This document shows positions 27,407 through 37,057 of a stretch of 64,000 nucleotides of DNA, one piece after another. The DNA is taken from the NCBI GenBank assembly GCA_964551135.1, contig CAZKAT010000003.1, positions 1,514 through 65,513 on the forward strand, written 5' to 3'. A model generated the notes under the pieces. It saw only the letters and a list, made by a program, of their open reading frames with translations, was not told the origin of the DNA and made no database searches. How positions within the stretch are numbered: position 1 is the first letter of the stretch; each line of letters opens with the position of its first letter. The translations under genes were made by a program, and so were the position numbers. The DNA comes from an uncultured Gammaproteobacteria bacterium (GTDB lineage: Bacteria > Cyanobacteriota > Vampirovibrionia > LMEP-6097).

Positions 27407-29452
27407 TTAACCCTTCACAAAGCCCTTAACCTCAGAAACATAAGGCATAAATCCTTGTTGTACTTCAGCAGGCAAATCTACTAATCCATAATTTTTAGAA
27501 TCTACAAACATTAGTATTTGTTTACCCTTACCCACTAATTCACCCTTAAGGTCAAGTATCTGATGTTCAAGAGTAACAAACTTACGATTGTAATCAGCAA
27601 TCCTAATCTGGATAGTCACTTCATCAAACTCCTTAATCTCCTTCTGGAATTTATGATCAATACTACGAGTAAGAATTAAATATGGTGAGGTCTTAGGATC
27701 AAAGTTAGGCAAGACATGCGCAAAAAATAATTCACGAGTTTTACCAACCCACATTAAATACATTGCAAAGTAAACATTACCAACAGAATTAGTATCCTGA
27801 TAAGTAGGAATAAAGCTGTGTACAAACCAATGATCCTTAATGTAGCAACCCTTAATACTCACAGGAACTGCACCTACAGGTAAATGACTAAGATCAACAG
27901 GTTTAATCTCTATAGCTTGAAAACCACCAATCTCTACTCTTGATTCAGGAATAAGCTTGCCTTCATTAATAATCCCAGACTGGGTTTGCGAGATCTTATT
28001 AGTTTCAATAGTCCAACCATACCAAAAAGGCATCAATGCAGCAATGCCCATAAGAATAGGATTCTCACTAAAATAACCAATTCCGAAGATCGCTATACTA
28101 GAAAGAGCTGAAGCAAAAAGCTTGAGAGAAGAGAAAGTTTCTCTAGGAGCCAGTCTTCCCGAAACAGCTCTATAAAGCACTACTGAATACACTAAGAAAA
28201 AAGATGCAAAGAACGCTAGATAGTATTCAAGTTCAAATCTGAAGAATCTCTCCAGGTTTGGATCAAAACGTGCAATAAACTTACCTGCTTCAGTAAAGTG
28301 CAAAGTACAGATAGCAGAAACTACACAAAAGGTAAACCAAAGTATTCCAGAATTAAGCAACTTCACTGGCACAAACGAAAATATAAGATTCTTAGAATCT
28401 TTCAGAATTGATTCTGTATACCATTTATAAGTTATATAACCACTATCGAAGGTAGCAAGCACGGCAAAACCAATAAAGGTCATATAGAAACTTAATAAGT
28501 AATTAAAACTAGGCTCCCATTTCAAAACTTGAGTAATAGTACTTTTAGCAGAAAATAGTAAACTACTACTATCTATATGAGAAAGACTTGCAAGCACTTC
28601 TGGGAAAGTAGTTTGACCATACATGTAACAAGCGAGGGCAATCATACCATCAGCCATCAATACTAACCAGAAAATTAAACCAGCAACAATATAACTCTTA
28701 GCTACAGAAGTATTCTCCTTCTTGATTTGCACCACACGCTGCCAATTCTGTAAGTCAAGCCAAGGACCACAAAGGAAACCAAGCAGAATCGGAATCCAAA
28801 ACATATAGTAAGCAAGTGCTGACTTGAAATGAAATAGACCTGGATAATTAAAAGCCTTCTCAAACCAAGATAGAGTCTCTTGATTCAAGGAGACTTTCGC
28901 AACTAAACCAGTATCATCTGAATTGAATACAGCAGAAATTAAAGAATCATTACTAAAGAGTTTAGAGTCCAAAAGCACCCATAGGGAAACAAACATAATC
29001 AATGCATAAGCAGCATGACTATATTTGATCTTATTAATAGGAAATTCTTCACCCAAAAATATCACCGCTCCGATAAACATCATGGCTACAAGGAAGGAAA
29101 AAATTCCCAGTGGCAAGGTTATATATTTAAGACAGCAGAATATAGTTAAAGTTATAGCTAAGAATTGATAGAAGAGTAGCGCAAACTTAAAATTGGCAGC
29201 TTGTTTCAAAAATTCTTTCTCGAATTCTTCGCCGCTAGCATAATGACTGGTAATCTTTGCATTAATAAGCCCAAACAAGGTCAGCCCCAGAGCATCAATA
29301 GTTACAAAAGCAATCAAAGCCTGAAAGCCAAACTGAATCGCCACCTGTACCGCAAAAAATAAACCAATACCCCAAGTCCAAGTTAAAGCAACTGAGTTAC
29401 CCCATAGTATGGTGTTAGTTGCTCTAGAAATAAAGTTAGATTTGGCTTGCAT
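27407..29452 (-). CDS. Polytopic membrane protein with C-terminal hotdog-fold (4HBT-like) thioesterase domain
   Basis: 681 aa; roughly 500 aa of repeated hydrophobic helices, then a soluble C-terminal domain (VGNVYFAMYLMWVGKTRELFF...) resembling 4HBT/YbgC-type acyl-CoA thioesterases. Confidence 0.45.
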   Translation of the reverse strand: MQAKSNFISRATNTILWGNSVALTWTWGIGLFFAVQVAIQFGFQALIAFVTIDALGLTLFGLINAKITSHYASGEEFEKEFLKQAANFKFALLFYQFLAITLTIFCCLKYITLPLGIFSFLVAMMFIGAVIFLGEEFPINKIKYSHAAYALIMFVSLWVLLDSKLFSNDSLISAVFNSDDTGLVAKVSLNQETLSWFEKAFNYPGLFHFKSALAYYMFWIPILLGFLCGPWLDLQNWQRVVQIKKENTSVAKSYIVAGLIFWLVLMADGMIALACYMYGQTTFPEVLASLSHIDSSSLLFSAKSTITQVLKWEPSFNYLLSFYMTFIGFAVLATFDSGYITYKWYTESILKDSKNLIFSFVPVKLLNSGILWFTFCVVSAICTLHFTEAGKFIARFDPNLERFFRFELEYYLAFFASFFLVYSVVLYRAVSGRLAPRETFSSLKLFASALSSIAIFGIGYFSENPILMGIAALMPFWYGWTIETNKISQTQSGIINEGKLIPESRVEIGGFQAIEIKPVDLSHLPVGAVPVSIKGCYIKDHWFVHSFIPTYQDTNSVGNVYFAMYLMWVGKTRELFFAHVLPNFDPKTSPYLILTRSIDHKFQKEIKEFDEVTIQIRIADYNRKFVTLEHQILDLKGELVGKGKQILMFVDSKNYGLVDLPAEVQQGFMPYVSEVKGFVKG

Positions 29453-29469
29453 AAGTAATACATTATAAC

Positions 29470-29964
29470 TTATTTATAAGCACAACCCTTATCATGATCA
29501 TTAACCATACCTACTGCTTGCATGAAAGCATAACAAATAGTCGCTCCGACAAATTTAAACCCATGCTTCTTAAGATCCTTGCTCATAGTATCAGCATCTT
29601 TAAAAGACCAAAGATAATCATTAAAGCTTAGACCTTCTTTCTTGAGCTGTAAGTATGCTTTAGCGTTGATGATCACAGAGTTAATTTTAAGTCTATTGCG
29701 AATGATACCAGCATTATTCATAAGCTTCTCTACCTGCTTTTCAGTAAACTTAGAGACCTTCACTGGATCGAAATTCATAAACGCCTTTCTATAATTCTCG
29801 CGCTTATTAAGCACAGTCTCCCAGCTCAATCCAGCCTGTGCACCTTCAAGGCAAAGCATCTCAAACAATTTCTGATCATCATAGATAGGTACTCCCCATT
29901 CCTTATCATGATAGTCAACGTATAAGGGGTTAGCCAAATTAACCCAATGACAACGCTTCTTCAT
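29470..29964 (-). CDS. tag: DNA-3-methyladenine glycosylase I
   Basis: 164 aa; YHDKEWGVP and LEGAQAGLSWETVL motifs typical of Tag; start overlaps the mutS stop by 4 nt. Confidence 0.85.
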   Translation of the reverse strand: MKKRCHWVNLANPLYVDYHDKEWGVPIYDDQKLFEMLCLEGAQAGLSWETVLNKRENYRKAFMNFDPVKVSKFTEKQVEKLMNNAGIIRNRLKINSVIINAKAYLQLKKEGLSFNDYLWSFKDADTMSKDLKKHGFKFVGATICYAFMQAVGMVNDHDKGCAYK

Positions 29965-32717
29965 AGACTCGATTCAAACAACGGCAACTTACCTATATCA
30001 AGCGAACCATCTTCACTAATAGCATCAGTAATATCGTGCTGATCAAGTTGCTTTTTAGTCATACCAAGCTTGCGGCTACGCTGTGCCTGAAGCTGATTAT
30101 TAATCGCTTTCGCTCTATCCAATACTGACTTCGGCAAACCTGCTAAGCGAGCGACTTCTATACCATAGCTGCGATCAGCTGAACCTTCCACTACTTTATG
30201 CAAGAACTCTATTCTAGTCTTAGCATTAGGACTATCATTTTCTACTACTAATACTTGATAGTTTTTAATACAAGGATATAACCTGTCTAAATTTGCAAGC
30301 TCATGATAGTGAGTTGCAAATATAGTGCGCGCTTGAGTAGTCTTAGCAATATGCTCAACTATAGACCAAGCAATCGCTACACCATCATAAGTACTAGTAC
30401 CTCTACCGATCTCATCTAAAACTATAAAACTTCTATCAGTCATAGAATTAATTATGGTCGCTGTCTCGTTCATCTCCACCATAAACGTAGATCTACCAGA
30501 TGCTAGATCGTCACTTGCGCCAATACGCGTGAAAATTCTATCTACTAATCCAATACATGCTTTAGTCGCTGGCACATAGCTACCCATCTGCGCAAGCAGG
30601 ATGATAAGAGCATTTTGGCGCATATAAGTACTTTTACCTGCCATGTTGGGACCAGTTAAAATCATCAGCTTACATTCCCTGCGAAAATCGTCATCTGCTG
30701 CGTTACGCTCGTCCCTCGAACTGCTCATTGACGTTCTAGTCAACTCCGCGTTCTCGGGACTCGCAAGCCTTGCATCTGAACGATTTTCGGCGGGGATATT
30801 TCCCACACCGAGCGTTATATCATTCGGCACAAACTCTCCAAACTTAAGCTTCTGCTCAAGAACAGGATGTCTTCCTTCTTCGATATACAGTTCATGAGAA
30901 TTAAGAAGTTCAGGACGCTTATAGTTTCTTTCTAGTGCAAGTAATGCCATAGACAGTAAAGCATCTAGCTGTGCGACTTGCAGTGCTATTTGTTTAATAA
31001 TCGGTGACTTAATTGCAAGTGATTTACGTAAACCAGAATAGATCTCATATTCTAAAGCATTACGCCTAGATTCTGCATGAGTAACTTTCTCCTCAAACTC
31101 AATTAGTTCCTCGGTTACAGCTCTGATGGTATTCACCATGGTCTGCTTGATCACATAGTGCTCTGGAAGTTTCTTTTCATTAAGTCTAGAGGTCTCGATA
31201 AAATAACCGTGTACCTTATTAAAACTTACTTTAAGGTTTTTAATGCCAAGCTTCTCTCGCTCAGCATCTTCAAAGTTCTTCATCCAAGCTTCAGAATCTT
31301 CTACTAAAGAAATCAATTCATCCAACTCTGCATTATAACCATGTTTAAGAATATTACCCTCGGTAACAGCAAGAGCCGGATCATCTTTCACCGCATTATC
31401 CACTACTCTAATAAAGTCCAAAGCTTGCTCTGGAATATATTTCAAGCTTGTAAGCAAACCAGATTGCAAACCCTGCATCAAAGCAGAGAGCTGCGTCACT
31501 ATAACCATTGAATGTTTCAATGCCACAGCTTCGCGTGGACTGATAAGTTCACTTGCAAGTCTATTAGAAAGCCTATCTATATCATAAGTCTGTGCTAGTA
31601 AATCCTTAAGTTCATTACATAGACTTGGATCTGAGACCAGTTCAGTAACAGCATCCAATCTAGCGTTAATAGCAGGGATATCATATAGTGGTTGCTCCAT
31701 CCATGCACGCAGTTTACGTCTGCCAAGTTTCGAAGACGTGCGATCTATCGCTGAGAAAAACGAACCAGCACTATTACCTCCCAAGGTTTTATTAAGCTCA
31801 AGATTGCGGCGAGTGCTTGCATCAAGCATCATATACTCACTTACATGATAGCTACGAATTTGATCAAAATTCTTAGCTGAGTTATTAGAGAACTCTGCTC
31901 CTTGAGTTTCTTTCAGATATTCAATAATCGCACCAGCAGCACGAAGTGCATAGCCATTGCTTTCTGTGCCCAAACTATCCTCAATCTGTTTCACTGAATT
32001 AAGCTTGAAGAGATCTTCTATATTTTGCACCGCAAGCTTAGTATCAAAATTCCGGTAATTAAATCCACTCAGATAAAATTCAATATTCAACTGATCTAAA
32101 TTAAACATCAATTCTTCTTCTCTGACGATTTGTCCTTCTAGCTTGCCGGCAGGTTTAGATGGCACTATGATTTCTGAAGCATTAATTCTTGCTAACTCTT
32201 GTTCTAAGTATTCAGCTTTAATTTCAGTAAGATAGAACTCGCCTGTAGAGATGTCTGCATAAGCCAAACCATAATGAGAATATGGAGTAGTCGAGTAAAT
32301 CGCGAGAATAAAATTATTCTGATATGAATCTAGAAACTCGAGATCATTGATAGTGCCAGGAGTGAAAACTTTAGTAATCTCGCGCGGCACTAAACCCTTG
32401 CAAGTTTTAGGGTCAGCCATCTGCTCAGCGATATAAACCTTATAATTGCGCTCGAGTAATTTAGCGACATAAGGTCTAATAGCGCGTGCTGGCACTCCTG
32501 CCATAGGAATACGCCCACCTGGATAAGTACTTTCAGGACGTCCGGTTAGAGTTATTTCCAGTTCTTTAGCAATAGTCTCAGCATCTTCAAAAAAGGTCTC
32601 ATAAAAATCCCCCATTCTAAATAAAAGTACTGCTCTACCTTGAAGCCTAAGCCTGGCATTGAGGTATTGCTGCATTACTGGAGTAAAATTAGAGAAATCT
32701 TGAGTTGGGGTCGACAT
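29961..32717 (-). CDS. mutS: DNA mismatch repair protein MutS (carries an in-frame repeat-element insertion)
   Basis: 918 aa; N-terminal mismatch-binding region (MQQYL...GDFYE) and ABC ATPase Walker A GPNMAGKST; about 33 extra residues immediately N-terminal of the Walker A are encoded by repeat element C. Confidence 0.9.
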   Translation of the reverse strand: MSTPTQDFSNFTPVMQQYLNARLRLQGRAVLLFRMGDFYETFFEDAETIAKELEITLTGRPESTYPGGRIPMAGVPARAIRPYVAKLLERNYKVYIAEQMADPKTCKGLVPREITKVFTPGTINDLEFLDSYQNNFILAIYSTTPYSHYGLAYADISTGEFYLTEIKAEYLEQELARINASEIIVPSKPAGKLEGQIVREEELMFNLDQLNIEFYLSGFNYRNFDTKLAVQNIEDLFKLNSVKQIEDSLGTESNGYALRAAGAIIEYLKETQGAEFSNNSAKNFDQIRSYHVSEYMMLDASTRRNLELNKTLGGNSAGSFFSAIDRTSSKLGRRKLRAWMEQPLYDIPAINARLDAVTELVSDPSLCNELKDLLAQTYDIDRLSNRLASELISPREAVALKHSMVIVTQLSALMQGLQSGLLTSLKYIPEQALDFIRVVDNAVKDDPALAVTEGNILKHGYNAELDELISLVEDSEAWMKNFEDAEREKLGIKNLKVSFNKVHGYFIETSRLNEKKLPEHYVIKQTMVNTIRAVTEELIEFEEKVTHAESRRNALEYEIYSGLRKSLAIKSPIIKQIALQVAQLDALLSMALLALERNYKRPELLNSHELYIEEGRHPVLEQKLKFGEFVPNDITLGVGNIPAENRSDARLASPENAELTRTSMSSSRDERNAADDDFRRECKLMILTGPNMAGKSTYMRQNALIILLAQMGSYVPATKACIGLVDRIFTRIGASDDLASGRSTFMVEMNETATIINSMTDRSFIVLDEIGRGTSTYDGVAIAWSIVEHIAKTTQARTIFATHYHELANLDRLYPCIKNYQVLVVENDSPNAKTRIEFLHKVVEGSADRSYGIEVARLAGLPKSVLDRAKAINNQLQAQRSRKLGMTKKQLDQHDITDAISEDGSLDIGKLPLFESSL
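30692..30790. repeat. Repeat element C (about 97 bp), in frame within mutS
   Basis: About 90% identical to 38316-38412 in gatB (shared core catctgctgcgttacgctcgt...cattgacgt...agtcaactccg...actcgcaagccttgcatctg); GC-rich relative to flanks. Confidence 0.8.
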
Positions 32718-32751
32718 CTAAACCTAATAATAGCGTACCTTAAGTAGTAAA

Positions 32752-33222
32752 TTAATTGTACGGAGTGAGTAGGCTACCTGCTCTTTCTCGTGCTGCTTCA
32801 CGTTCTGGAGAAACTTCAACTTTCCCATTTCCTTGTCCTAGACAATGCTGGTTTATGTAAGCATTAAATTGTCTAGTTCCCACAGAACCCTTCGTTGTAG
32901 CTACTGGCGTAGTAGAACCATTTCTAAAATAACACAAATAAGGTATGTGTTGACTATAAAAATGACTATCAATGTCTTTAACTTTATCTGAGTCAATTTT
33001 TAGTATATTGACTTTGCTAGCAAAATTTTGAGCTAGGGTAGGTAAAGCCCTATCTACTGTCCGGCAAGGCGGACACCAATCAGCTCCAATTTTCAAGAAA
33101 CTGGGCTTATCTGTTGTTCTTAAAAAATCAAGAAGACTATCTAAGCTAGTAAATTCAATTATATTATCAAAACTTCGACTGTATGCCGGAGGTCCCACTA
33201 AATTAGTTTGAGAAATTTCCAT
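32752..33222 (-). CDS. Thioredoxin-family protein
   Basis: 156 aa; WCPPCR active-site motif (variant of WCGPCK). Confidence 0.7.
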   Translation of the reverse strand: MEISQTNLVGPPAYSRSFDNIIEFTSLDSLLDFLRTTDKPSFLKIGADWCPPCRTVDRALPTLAQNFASKVNILKIDSDKVKDIDSHFYSQHIPYLCYFRNGSTTPVATTKGSVGTRQFNAYINQHCLGQGNGKVEVSPEREAARERAGSLLTPYN

Positions 33223-33276
33223 AATAGAAGTAATGATAATACCTTTATATTAAAACTACAAGCCCTAAAAGAAAAA

Positions 33277-33314
33277 ACACCTCAGACCGACCAAATCTGA
33301 GGTGTTTTTATTTT
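33277..33314. terminator. Intrinsic (rho-independent) terminator-like hairpin, potentially bidirectional
   Basis: Perfect 10-bp stem ACACCTCAGA/TCTGAGGTGT with 9-nt loop, followed by TTTTTATTTT on the plus strand and preceded by an A-run (T-run on the minus strand). Confidence 0.5.
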
Positions 33315-33495
33315 CAAATTTAAATCCAAAAACAAACTTTTTTTTAAAATTGTGGTTTTCGGCTTGCACCGGTTGTCCCACCGAGTTGTTTCTGAACCTT
33401 ACTTAAATGATAGTAGCACAGTTTCCTTAAGATTTCACTATTTTTTTATAAATTCTTTTTAATGTTACAATTAAAATTGTAGAGAGGAAATCGTG

Positions 33496-33744
33496 ATGTC
33501 CAAACAAGCAACACTCAATAAAGAAGAGAAAGAGTTAAACAAATTAGTAGACGTTTACCAAAAACATATTAAAGACAAAGGCGAAATAGAGAGTTGGTCA
33601 GACTCTTTTCTAATGACGATACGTGACAAATTTAGAAAAATAGCAAGAATAACCAGGGGTTATTGGACTTTTGACTTCTATGAAACTTTACAAGCTATAA
33701 ATAAGGAAAGCATTAAAAGAGACCTAGTGGCTGAAACTAAATAA
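33496..33744 (+). CDS. Small hypothetical protein (82 aa)
   Basis: ATG at 33496 with GAGAGGAAA RBS 5 nt upstream; basic/acidic helical-looking sequence; no family recognised. Confidence 0.4.
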   Translation: MSKQATLNKEEKELNKLVDVYQKHIKDKGEIESWSDSFLMTIRDKFRKIARITRGYWTFDFYETLQAINKESIKRDLVAETK

Positions 33745-33778
33745 GAAAACCAATGCTGGAGACAAAAAGCTGGTTAAA

Positions 33779-33967
33779 TTATTGTTGAGCTGGTTCTTCG
33801 GCTGCTTTATAAGAGCATTCTGCTGTATCTGCAAACTCTAGAACTTCCCCAAGTCCTTTAAGTTTATTTTCGTACTTGATTATTAAACTATCAAGTTCTT
33901 TTCTTGTTCGATAAAGAGTACCCAATTCCTTAGCGTACTTTTTGAACTCATCGACTATATTTTCCAT
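33779..33967 (-). CDS. Small hypothetical protein (62 aa)
   Basis: ORF only; coiled-coil-like sequence; no family recognised. Confidence 0.25.
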   Translation of the reverse strand: MENIVDEFKKYAKELGTLYRTRKELDSLIIKYENKLKGLGEVLEFADTAECSYKAAEEPAQQ

Positions 33968-34191
33968 TCCATATCTCCTACGTCAGTCATTACCTAAATT
34001 GAAAAGCGAGCAAGGCCACTAGAATATTCAGTTAGCAGCACTCCCTCTTTATAATCGGACAGTCGGGCGCAAAACTTGAGCTCTATTTAGCTGAATTTTT
34101 GCTGCATAATCTATATTTTATTATACGTATGACGGATCTAGAAGGCTTTTGAGCAAAAATACGCTAAATGATCTAGGTCAAATGGGGGAGA

Positions 34192-36714
34192 CTAGAGGCT
34201 AAACACTGACTTCTCTTCCGCTTCTGGAGCTATTTCTAGCTTAGGTCTATATTTTTCTATATCTGCAGGACTTGCAAGCCTATCATAACCACAACCCTTA
34301 GTATCAGAGCAGGCTACTTTATCACCACGCTTAAGAGTTTTATACATCATTAATTTATTGCATTGCGGGCAATGCTCATTGATTGGCGGATACCAGAACA
34401 CTGCATCACACTTAGTCTTAGACCAAGAGTTACAACCATAGAAAATCTTACCGAAGCGTGATTTCTTCTCAACTATCTCACCTTCACAACCTTCTTTAGG
34501 ACAATGTACACCAGTTTTCTTTTGTATAGGCGAAGTATGTTTGCAATCCTTAGTAGTACAAGCAAGGTAGTCACCATAACGTCCATAACGAATCACTAGC
34601 GAACCGTGCTTCTTACAGTCAGGACAATCTTCCTCTGCATAAGGTCTATCATCTGGAGCAGGCTTGCCTTCCTTAGTTAAATTAATAATGGTCTGACAAT
34701 CTGGATACTTAGAACAACCTAAGAAGGGTCCGAAACGAGATGACTTGAGATTCATAGTCGCACCACAACTAGGACAGTTATATTCTGTTGGTATAACAAT
34801 ATTCTCTATCTCACCTGATGCTTTCTTGACTATATCAATGAAGCCAGGGTCTAAACCTTCAGCAGGATCTTTCTCAACCTTAGCAGTCTTAGCATCTGAA
34901 TCTTCTTTTTTCTTCTTGCCGCCACGTTTAGGTTTGATCTTCTCTTTTTTCTTCCAATCTTTACCGAAATAAAATTCCTTGAGCATCACTATCCAATCTT
35001 GACCATGCTCTGCTACTGCATCTAAGCCGCTCTCCATCTGCGAAGTGAAATCTACATTAATATACTTACCAAAGTACTGTACCAATAACTCATTAACTTG
35101 CACACCGAGTCGGGTAGGTCTGAGTGCAGTACCATTCTCTACTTTCTCAACATACTTACGATCTTGAATAGTAGCAATAGTCGGTGCATAAGTAGAAGGT
35201 CTTCCTATGCCCAATTCCTCTAATACCTTCACCAAGCTTGCTTCATTGAACCTTGGTGGACCTTCAGTGAAATGTTGTTCTGGGCTAGCTTTGATCAGCT
35301 TGATTAGAGTGCCTTCTTTAATATCATCAGAGAACTTAGAATCTACTTCTTGAGCTTCCATATCCTCATTAATCTCATGACCACCATCAAATACTATTGA
35401 ATAACCTGCAAATATTTTCTTGGAGTTACTTGCTCTAAATAGCAGATCGCCCTTCTCAGATTCAATCTCCACAGTCTGTATCTCAAGCTTCATTGCCGTC
35501 ATCTGAGACGACATAAACCTCTGCCAGATTAGCTTATAGAGCTTGTATTGTTCATCAGTCAGATAGCTCTTAATTGATTCAGGAGTTTTGTCGATATAAG
35601 TAGGTCTAATCGCCTCGTGTGCATCTTGTTCGTTTGCTTTTTTGACCTTACCGTAAATATTTGGAGGATCAGGATAGTATTTATCTCCCCACTTATTAAG
35701 AATGTATTGTTTAGCTTCTGCCTGAGCTTCTTCAGCAATGCGTAAGCTATCAGTTCTCATATAGGTAATCAAACCAACTTGATCATTGCCACCAAGCTTG
35801 ACACCCTCATAAAGCCCCTGCGCTACCTGCATAGTACGTCTAACGGTAAATCCAAGCGCATTACTTGCTGCTCGCTGTAAAGTAGAAGTCTTAAAAGGAG
35901 CTTGTGATTTCTTGCTATTAGGTTTAGTAGAGATCTTAGTAACACTGAGCTTTGCAGATTTAATACGCTCAGTAATCTTATCCACTTCTGCTTTAGAACT
36001 AATCACCATCGCCTTAGTAGCATCGTAATCCTTCAGTGGGCTAACGATACGTTTAGAATCGACTTGCGCTAAAGCAACTCTAAAAGGATGATCTTTAGCA
36101 GCTTCTGTGACATCAGCATCTACTGACCAATATTCTTCAGGTATAAACTTAAGTATCTCTGCTTCTCTTTCACAAATTAATCTCACCGCAATAGACTGTA
36201 CTCTACCAGCACTACGTCCACCAATCTTGCGCCATAATAACGGACTGATCTTATAACCAACTAACCTATCCAAAATTCTTCGAGCTTGCTGAGCATCTAC
36301 CAGAGCTTGATTGATCTCCCTTGGATGCGCCACAGCACTTTTAACAGCATCAGGAGTGATTTGATTAAACGCAATTCTAGAAAACTTTTTACTCTTAATA
36401 ATCTGAGATAAATGCCACGCAATAGCTTCTCCTTCACGGTCAGGGTCGCTTGCTAGATAGATATGCTCAGCCTTCTTAGCAAACTCATTAAGCTCATCAA
36501 CAACCTTCTTCTTACCGGTCATAATCTCATAGCTTGGCTCAAAGTTATTCTTAACATCTATGCCTAAACCCTTAGCTGCAAGATCACGAATATGTCCAAC
36601 ACTTGATTTAACCAAGAAATCAGCCCCTAGTATCTTCGTAAGGGTCTTGGATTTAGCAGGTGACTCAACTATCACCAGGTATTTAAAATCTTTCTCTGAA
36701 CTTGTTTTAGCCAT
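34192..36714 (-). CDS. topA: DNA topoisomerase I
   Basis: 840 aa; N-terminal TOPRIM (LVIVESPAKSKTL), type IA topoisomerase core, C-terminal Cys4 zinc-ribbon repeats (CPSCGATM...CSKYPDC). Confidence 0.9.
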   Translation of the reverse strand: MAKTSSEKDFKYLVIVESPAKSKTLTKILGADFLVKSSVGHIRDLAAKGLGIDVKNNFEPSYEIMTGKKKVVDELNEFAKKAEHIYLASDPDREGEAIAWHLSQIIKSKKFSRIAFNQITPDAVKSAVAHPREINQALVDAQQARRILDRLVGYKISPLLWRKIGGRSAGRVQSIAVRLICEREAEILKFIPEEYWSVDADVTEAAKDHPFRVALAQVDSKRIVSPLKDYDATKAMVISSKAEVDKITERIKSAKLSVTKISTKPNSKKSQAPFKTSTLQRAASNALGFTVRRTMQVAQGLYEGVKLGGNDQVGLITYMRTDSLRIAEEAQAEAKQYILNKWGDKYYPDPPNIYGKVKKANEQDAHEAIRPTYIDKTPESIKSYLTDEQYKLYKLIWQRFMSSQMTAMKLEIQTVEIESEKGDLLFRASNSKKIFAGYSIVFDGGHEINEDMEAQEVDSKFSDDIKEGTLIKLIKASPEQHFTEGPPRFNEASLVKVLEELGIGRPSTYAPTIATIQDRKYVEKVENGTALRPTRLGVQVNELLVQYFGKYINVDFTSQMESGLDAVAEHGQDWIVMLKEFYFGKDWKKKEKIKPKRGGKKKKEDSDAKTAKVEKDPAEGLDPGFIDIVKKASGEIENIVIPTEYNCPSCGATMNLKSSRFGPFLGCSKYPDCQTIINLTKEGKPAPDDRPYAEEDCPDCKKHGSLVIRYGRYGDYLACTTKDCKHTSPIQKKTGVHCPKEGCEGEIVEKKSRFGKIFYGCNSWSKTKCDAVFWYPPINEHCPQCNKLMMYKTLKRGDKVACSDTKGCGYDRLASPADIEKYRPKLEIAPEAEEKSVFSL

Positions 36715-36929
36715 CTTGGTCTTAAATTTTAGTTGATTGATATTCCTTATATATGTTTCTAAGCAGGTCTAATATTACATAGCTATACCACAATTTTTAA
36801 AACTAGTAGAGAAATAAATTATTAATAGGTGTTTTCATTCATATTATTTATGATTATCGTAACGGAGCTATACAAATTAGATCTCAATACGCTAATATTA
36901 ATACATATTAACAGTTTAAGGAGTTGAAT

Positions 36930-37025
36930 ATGATCAAGCAATTAATCGCTGAAATCTTGGCCACAATCACTAATCTGATTCTGGGCCGAAGATATGCATA
37001 TCAAGTAGTGAAACGTAAATCCTAA
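36930..37025 (+). CDS. Candidate small hydrophobic peptide (31 aa)
   Basis: ATG 36930 preceded by AAGGAG with 6-nt spacer; encodes MIKQLIAEILATITNLILGRRYAYQVVKRKS; below the length cutoff of the supplied ORF track. Confidence 0.3.
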   Translation: MIKQLIAEILATITNLILGRRYAYQVVKRKS

Positions 37026-37057
37026 GGAGTCCGACCATAGTACCAGCTAACCTACAA

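Noticed and set aside
30643-30897. 84-aa plus-strand ORF overlapping the repeat element in mutS
   Set aside because: Antisense to mutS; created by the GC-rich repeat element, which lacks stop codons in several frames.
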